Made by a program: the position numbers and the translations under genes. 18,409 bases of DNA from the NCBI GenBank assembly GCA_964362205.1, contig CAYIDA010000005.1:64001-82409 (forward strand). The letters are read 5' to 3'. Every line of letters begins with the position of its first letter. The first letter of the stretch is position 1. The notes under the pieces were generated by a model. That model was not told the origin of the DNA and did no database searches. It worked only from the letters and a program-made list of their open reading frames with translations. Source of the stretch: an uncultured Gammaproteobacteria bacterium. Lineage in GTDB: Bacteria > Patescibacteriota > Patescibacteriia > UBA11705 > JABHMO01. Shown one piece after another: positions 15,498 to 18,409 of this stretch.

Positions 15498-16502
15498 ATG
15501 GGAAAAATAAAAAAGAAAATTATTGAATATCTGATTGTTCTTTTGATTTTATTTGTCACGATAATTGGCGCGGGAACAATTTTGTATTTTTATGATTTTG
15601 GCCGTTCTGATTTTAAGCTGGGCGTAAATTTTTCAAAAAGTTACGCTGAATATCTTGGTTTGGATTGGCGGAAAACGTATTTAACGATTTTGGACGATTT
15701 AAAAATAAAAAATATTCGTTTGGCCGCTCCGTGGAACGAACTGGAAAAAGAAAAAGAGGTCTGGACGTTTAGCGACCTTGATTGGCAGGTGAAAGAAGCG
15801 GTCAAGAGAAACGTGGACGTTGTTTTGACCCTTGGTCGGCGCACGCCACACTGGCCGGAGTGCCATGATCCAAGTTGGCTGAAGAATTTGCCTGATGATT
15901 TGGTTGTTAAACGTCAGTTAAGCATGATACAAACCGTGATTGAACGTTATAAAAAATATGAGAACATAAAAATCTGGCAAGTGGAAAATGAACCGCTCCT
16001 CAATGTTTTCGGCGTTTGCCCGAAAAGTGATTTGGAATTGCTGAGAAAAGAAGTTGCGCTCGTGAAAACCTTGGATGATCGGCCGATCATGATTACTGAT
16101 AGCGGAGAACTTAGTTTGTGGATTGTGTCTGCGAATCTTGGCGACTTGTTCGGCTCCACTATGTATCGCGTGACTTACAATAAATGGCTGGGATATTTTT
16201 ATTATCATTTACCGCCGGCTTTTTATACATTAAAAGCGGCGATGGTTGGATTGCCTCTTGAAAATGCGATTGTTTCCGAGTTGCAGGCTGAACCTTGGGC
16301 GCCGAACGGTCTTTTGAATACTACACTCGAAGAACAACGTAAATCAATGGACGCTGGACGGCTTATGAATCATGTTGATTATGCCAAGCGAACAGGATTC
16401 AGTTCTGTTTATCTTTGGGGAGCGGAGTGGTGGCTTTGGCTGAAGGACGTGAAGCAGGATGATTCTCTCTGGTTAACTGCGCGACAGATATTCCATGAAT
16501 GA
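15498..16502 (+). CDS. membrane-anchored glycoside-hydrolase-like protein (TIM-barrel, clan GH-A-like, NEP catalytic motif)
   Basis: An N-terminal TM anchor, IKIWQVENEPLL (the N-E-P acid/base motif of GH5/GH-A enzymes), a downstream ITDSGE candidate nucleophile region and a Trp-rich C-terminus (VYLWGAEWWLWL). The family assignment is tentative. Confidence 0.5.
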   Translation: MGKIKKKIIEYLIVLLILFVTIIGAGTILYFYDFGRSDFKLGVNFSKSYAEYLGLDWRKTYLTILDDLKIKNIRLAAPWNELEKEKEVWTFSDLDWQVKEAVKRNVDVVLTLGRRTPHWPECHDPSWLKNLPDDLVVKRQLSMIQTVIERYKKYENIKIWQVENEPLLNVFGVCPKSDLELLRKEVALVKTLDDRPIMITDSGELSLWIVSANLGDLFGSTMYRVTYNKWLGYFYYHLPPAFYTLKAAMVGLPLENAIVSELQAEPWAPNGLLNTTLEEQRKSMDAGRLMNHVDYAKRTGFSSVYLWGAEWWLWLKDVKQDDSLWLTARQIFHE

Positions 16503-16540
16503 GAGAAATGAGGTATAATGTTGGTTGTTGAAAAGGAGGG

Positions 16541-16590
16541 AGGTAGGAAAGGTAGGGCGGTAGGAAAAGTAGGGCGGTAGGATGTAGGAT
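16541..16590 (+). repeat. purine- and G-rich array with six GTAGG motifs, including two exact copies of GTAGGGCGGTAGGA
   Basis: Read directly in the leader of the DJ-1 gene, downstream of a TATAAT at 16515-16520. The sequence GGtaGGGcGGtaGG fits a two-tetrad G-quadruplex pattern and occurs twice. Confidence 0.5.
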
Positions 16591-16610
16591 AATTAGAATA
16601 ATTTTATAAA

Positions 16611-17138
16611 ATGTTATTAAAACCGATAAAAGTAGTCATGTTGATCGCCCAGAAAGATTTTCGCGATGAAGAACTTTTTGATACGAAAAGCGTTCTGGAG
16701 CAAAACAATATTGATGTGCGGGTGGCTGCGCCAAGCAATGAATTGGCTGTAGGTAAACTGGGCGTGACTATTCAGCCTAATTTGAGTTTTTCGGAAATTG
16801 AACCGGCCAGATTCAACGCGATTATTTTGATTGGCGGACCGGGCGCTTATGATTTAATTGATGACGCGGACGTGCATGAATTGATTTTGAAATTCCATCA
16901 AAGTGGAAAAATCGTGGCCGCGATTTGCATTGCGCCTGCGATTTTGGCGCGCGCCGGATTATTGCAAGGCAAGAAAGCGACTATTCATCCTTCGGGACAA
17001 AATTTTTTGACAGAGGCCGGAGCGATTAATACTGAAGCTGATGTGGAGCGTGATGGAAATATTATCACAGCCAATGGTCCGGTGGTCGCCTCCATGTTCG
17101 GTCAAGCGATCGTTGATCAGTTGTTGTCTGTAAATTAA
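16611..17138 (+). CDS. DJ-1/PfpI family protein (class I glutamine-amidotransferase-like; YajL/DJ-1-type)
   Basis: AIILIGGPGA, KIVAAICIAPAILARAG (nucleophile-elbow Cys), ATIHP and VERDGNIITANGPVVASMFGQAIVDQL align motif-for-motif with DJ-1/YajL. Confidence 0.9.
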   Translation: MLLKPIKVVMLIAQKDFRDEELFDTKSVLEQNNIDVRVAAPSNELAVGKLGVTIQPNLSFSEIEPARFNAIILIGGPGAYDLIDDADVHELILKFHQSGKIVAAICIAPAILARAGLLQGKKATIHPSGQNFLTEAGAINTEADVERDGNIITANGPVVASMFGQAIVDQLLSVN

Positions 17139-17234
17139 GTTGATTCGGCTTCTCCTGGATAATACTGATGTACTGATTGCTACATGATTTACTGATTAGT
17201 TTGAAATAATATTTGAAATTTTGAATTTTATTTT

Positions 17235-17263
17235 CCGCCAGCGGCGGATCCGCCTTTGGCGGA
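17235..17263 (+). promoter_or_regulatory. pair of GC hairpins with alternative pairings (CCGCC-agc-GGCGG; TCCGCC-ttt-GGCGGA; alternative GGCG-gatc-CGCC); attenuator- or terminator-like
   Basis: Read directly. The following U-tract (TTTT at 17267) is displaced by GAGAG. Direct repeats TTTTGTGCTTA at 17267-17277 and 17281-17291 follow. Confidence 0.3.
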
Positions 17264-17298
17264 GAGTTTTGTGCTTAGTATTTTGTGCTTAAAATGTT

Positions 17299-17682
17299 AT
17301 GTCGCTCGAAATTGAAGAACGCACGTGCGGCAAGATCGTGGTGGCGGTGGTTTTTACCGGCATGACAATTTTTTCCGGAATAATGATCGCTACCGGAGTG
17401 AAAACCGCAAACATCGATAATCCGAAATACTCTGATTACGAGACAGAGCTAGTTGCCAGAGCAAAAGAAATTTACGCTCGGAAAGTTGAACAAGGGCTTG
17501 ATTTGACGAACGGTCCGTGCCTCAGCGATGAGCTTGATGGTGATTGGGTTTTGGATATAGCTCATGATCCGCGTGAAGCGGTGGATGAGTTGCTTGAAAA
17601 CGAGTGTCCGGCGTATCGAGATGGCAGGGCGGAACATTTCATTGAACTTGATGAAGAAGGGAAAGTTATAAAATTAAAATAA
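17299..17682 (+). CDS. hypothetical membrane-anchored protein, 127 aa
   Basis: One TM segment (IVVAVVFTGMTIFSGIMIATGV) and an acidic C-terminal domain with two Cys. No domain recognised. Confidence 0.55.
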   Translation: MSLEIEERTCGKIVVAVVFTGMTIFSGIMIATGVKTANIDNPKYSDYETELVARAKEIYARKVEQGLDLTNGPCLSDELDGDWVLDIAHDPREAVDELLENECPAYRDGRAEHFIELDEEGKVIKLK

Positions 17683-17684
17683 TT

Positions 17685-18290
17685 ATGAAGCCAAAATCAA
17701 ATTTTTTAATGGTTGTGTTGGCAGCGATGCTTTCCTTGGTTGTCTCGGTTAATGTGATTCAAGCGCAATCAGAAGCTAGCGATTCAAAATCAAAAATTTT
17801 TTTGGAAGAAAAGGCCGCGGTGATTGAACCCGGCGTTTTGCCTGATTCTTTTTGGTACTGGGCGGATATTTTCAGCGAGGAAGTTCAGTTTTTGTTCACG
17901 GTCGGCAAAGAGAGCAAAGGAGATTTTTTGTTGGGCGTGGCCGAAGAACGTTTAGCGGAAATGAAAAAATTAAGTGAAGAAGGTATTAATAATTACGCTG
18001 ATGATCTGACGAGTAAGCACGAAGTGGCGATAACAAAAGCTCAAGAATTGTTGGCGAAAGCCAAAACCAAAGGGCTTGAAGAAATCAAAGAAGGACAGAT
18101 TGATTTAGAAAAGAAAATTTTGTTGCAGGAAAATGAAATGAAAAAGCAAGCCAAAGGCGCGCCGAAAAAGTACGATGAGATTACTAATCAAGCCTTCAAT
18201 CGCGTTTCCGGTTTATTCAAAACAGCGTTAGGTCATTTATCATGGAAGAAAACTGAAATAAAAAAGCAAAAAGCGGAATTGTTTGAGTAA
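17685..18290 (+). CDS. secreted hypothetical protein with signal peptide, 201 aa (possibly DUF5667-like)
   Basis: The signal peptide ends VIQA-QS. The LPDSFWYW motif near the N-terminus resembles the conserved LPGxFxY motif of the DUF5667 family, which is common in small-genome bacteria. This is a weak call. The ATG lies 2 nt after the upstream stop. Confidence 0.55.
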   Translation: MKPKSNFLMVVLAAMLSLVVSVNVIQAQSEASDSKSKIFLEEKAAVIEPGVLPDSFWYWADIFSEEVQFLFTVGKESKGDFLLGVAEERLAEMKKLSEEGINNYADDLTSKHEVAITKAQELLAKAKTKGLEEIKEGQIDLEKKILLQENEMKKQAKGAPKKYDEITNQAFNRVSGLFKTALGHLSWKKTEIKKQKAELFE

Positions 18291-18305
18291 AAAAATAGTT
18301 CAAAA

Positions 18306-18375
18306 GCGCGAGATACAGGTAGGGGTAGAACACTGTTCTACTCCTACCTGCGTCTCGCGGTTTTATTTGTTTAAT
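18306..18375 (+). terminator. strong rho-independent terminator (about 25-bp near-perfect hairpin GCGCGAGATACAGGTAGGGGTAGAAC-act-GTTCTACTCCTACCTGCGTCTCGCG followed by GTTTTATTTGTTT)
   Basis: Read directly. About 22 of 25 positions pair, and a U-rich tract follows. Confidence 0.8.
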
Positions 18376-18409
18376 TTTAGCTGAAATATATATTGCTATT
18401 GACAAAATA

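Overview
This is an 18.4-kb low-GC (roughly 38-40%) bacterial window with compact gene organisation. It has strong Shine-Dalgarno sites, near-consensus sigma70 promoters and clear rho-independent terminators. Every gene but one is on the + strand. Gene content (several small membrane or secreted proteins, a 1540-aa orphan protein, a Cys-rich repeat surface protein, an EamA transporter, DJ-1, PlsC) fits an accessory or cell-envelope region of a small-genome bacterium, possibly Patescibacteria/CPR-like, though that is only a guess.

Genes, in order:
- a partial PlsC-type acyltransferase on the minus strand;
- a translationally coupled cassette of four genes: a DjlA-like membrane J-domain co-chaperone, a vWA/MIDAS protein, a small acidic protein, and a LIM-type zinc-finger protein fused to a DA1-like HExxH metallopeptidase;
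- a small 2-TM protein and a polytopic coiled-coil membrane protein;
- a stand-alone CheY-like receiver with its own consensus promoter and terminator;
- a GC-rich (about 55-58%) orphan gene flanked by terminators, driven by a perfect TTGACA-17-TATACT promoter;
- a small NPF-repeat anchored protein followed by a secreted 714-aa Cys-rich protein built from seven 50-aa four-Cys modules plus nested C-terminal repeats;
- a 1540-aa orphan protein with a possible C-terminal Cys/His peptidase-like motif;
- an EamA/DMT transporter;
- a GC-rich structured leader with an upstream ORF (uORF), in front of a membrane-anchored glycoside-hydrolase-like protein;
- a GGTAGG repeat array, a DJ-1/PfpI protein, and two small envelope proteins.

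I found no CRISPR array, rRNA, tRNA or recognisable mobile element. The most interesting candidates are the J-domain/vWA/DA1-peptidase cassette, the GC-rich insulated orphan gene, and the GC-rich leader element.
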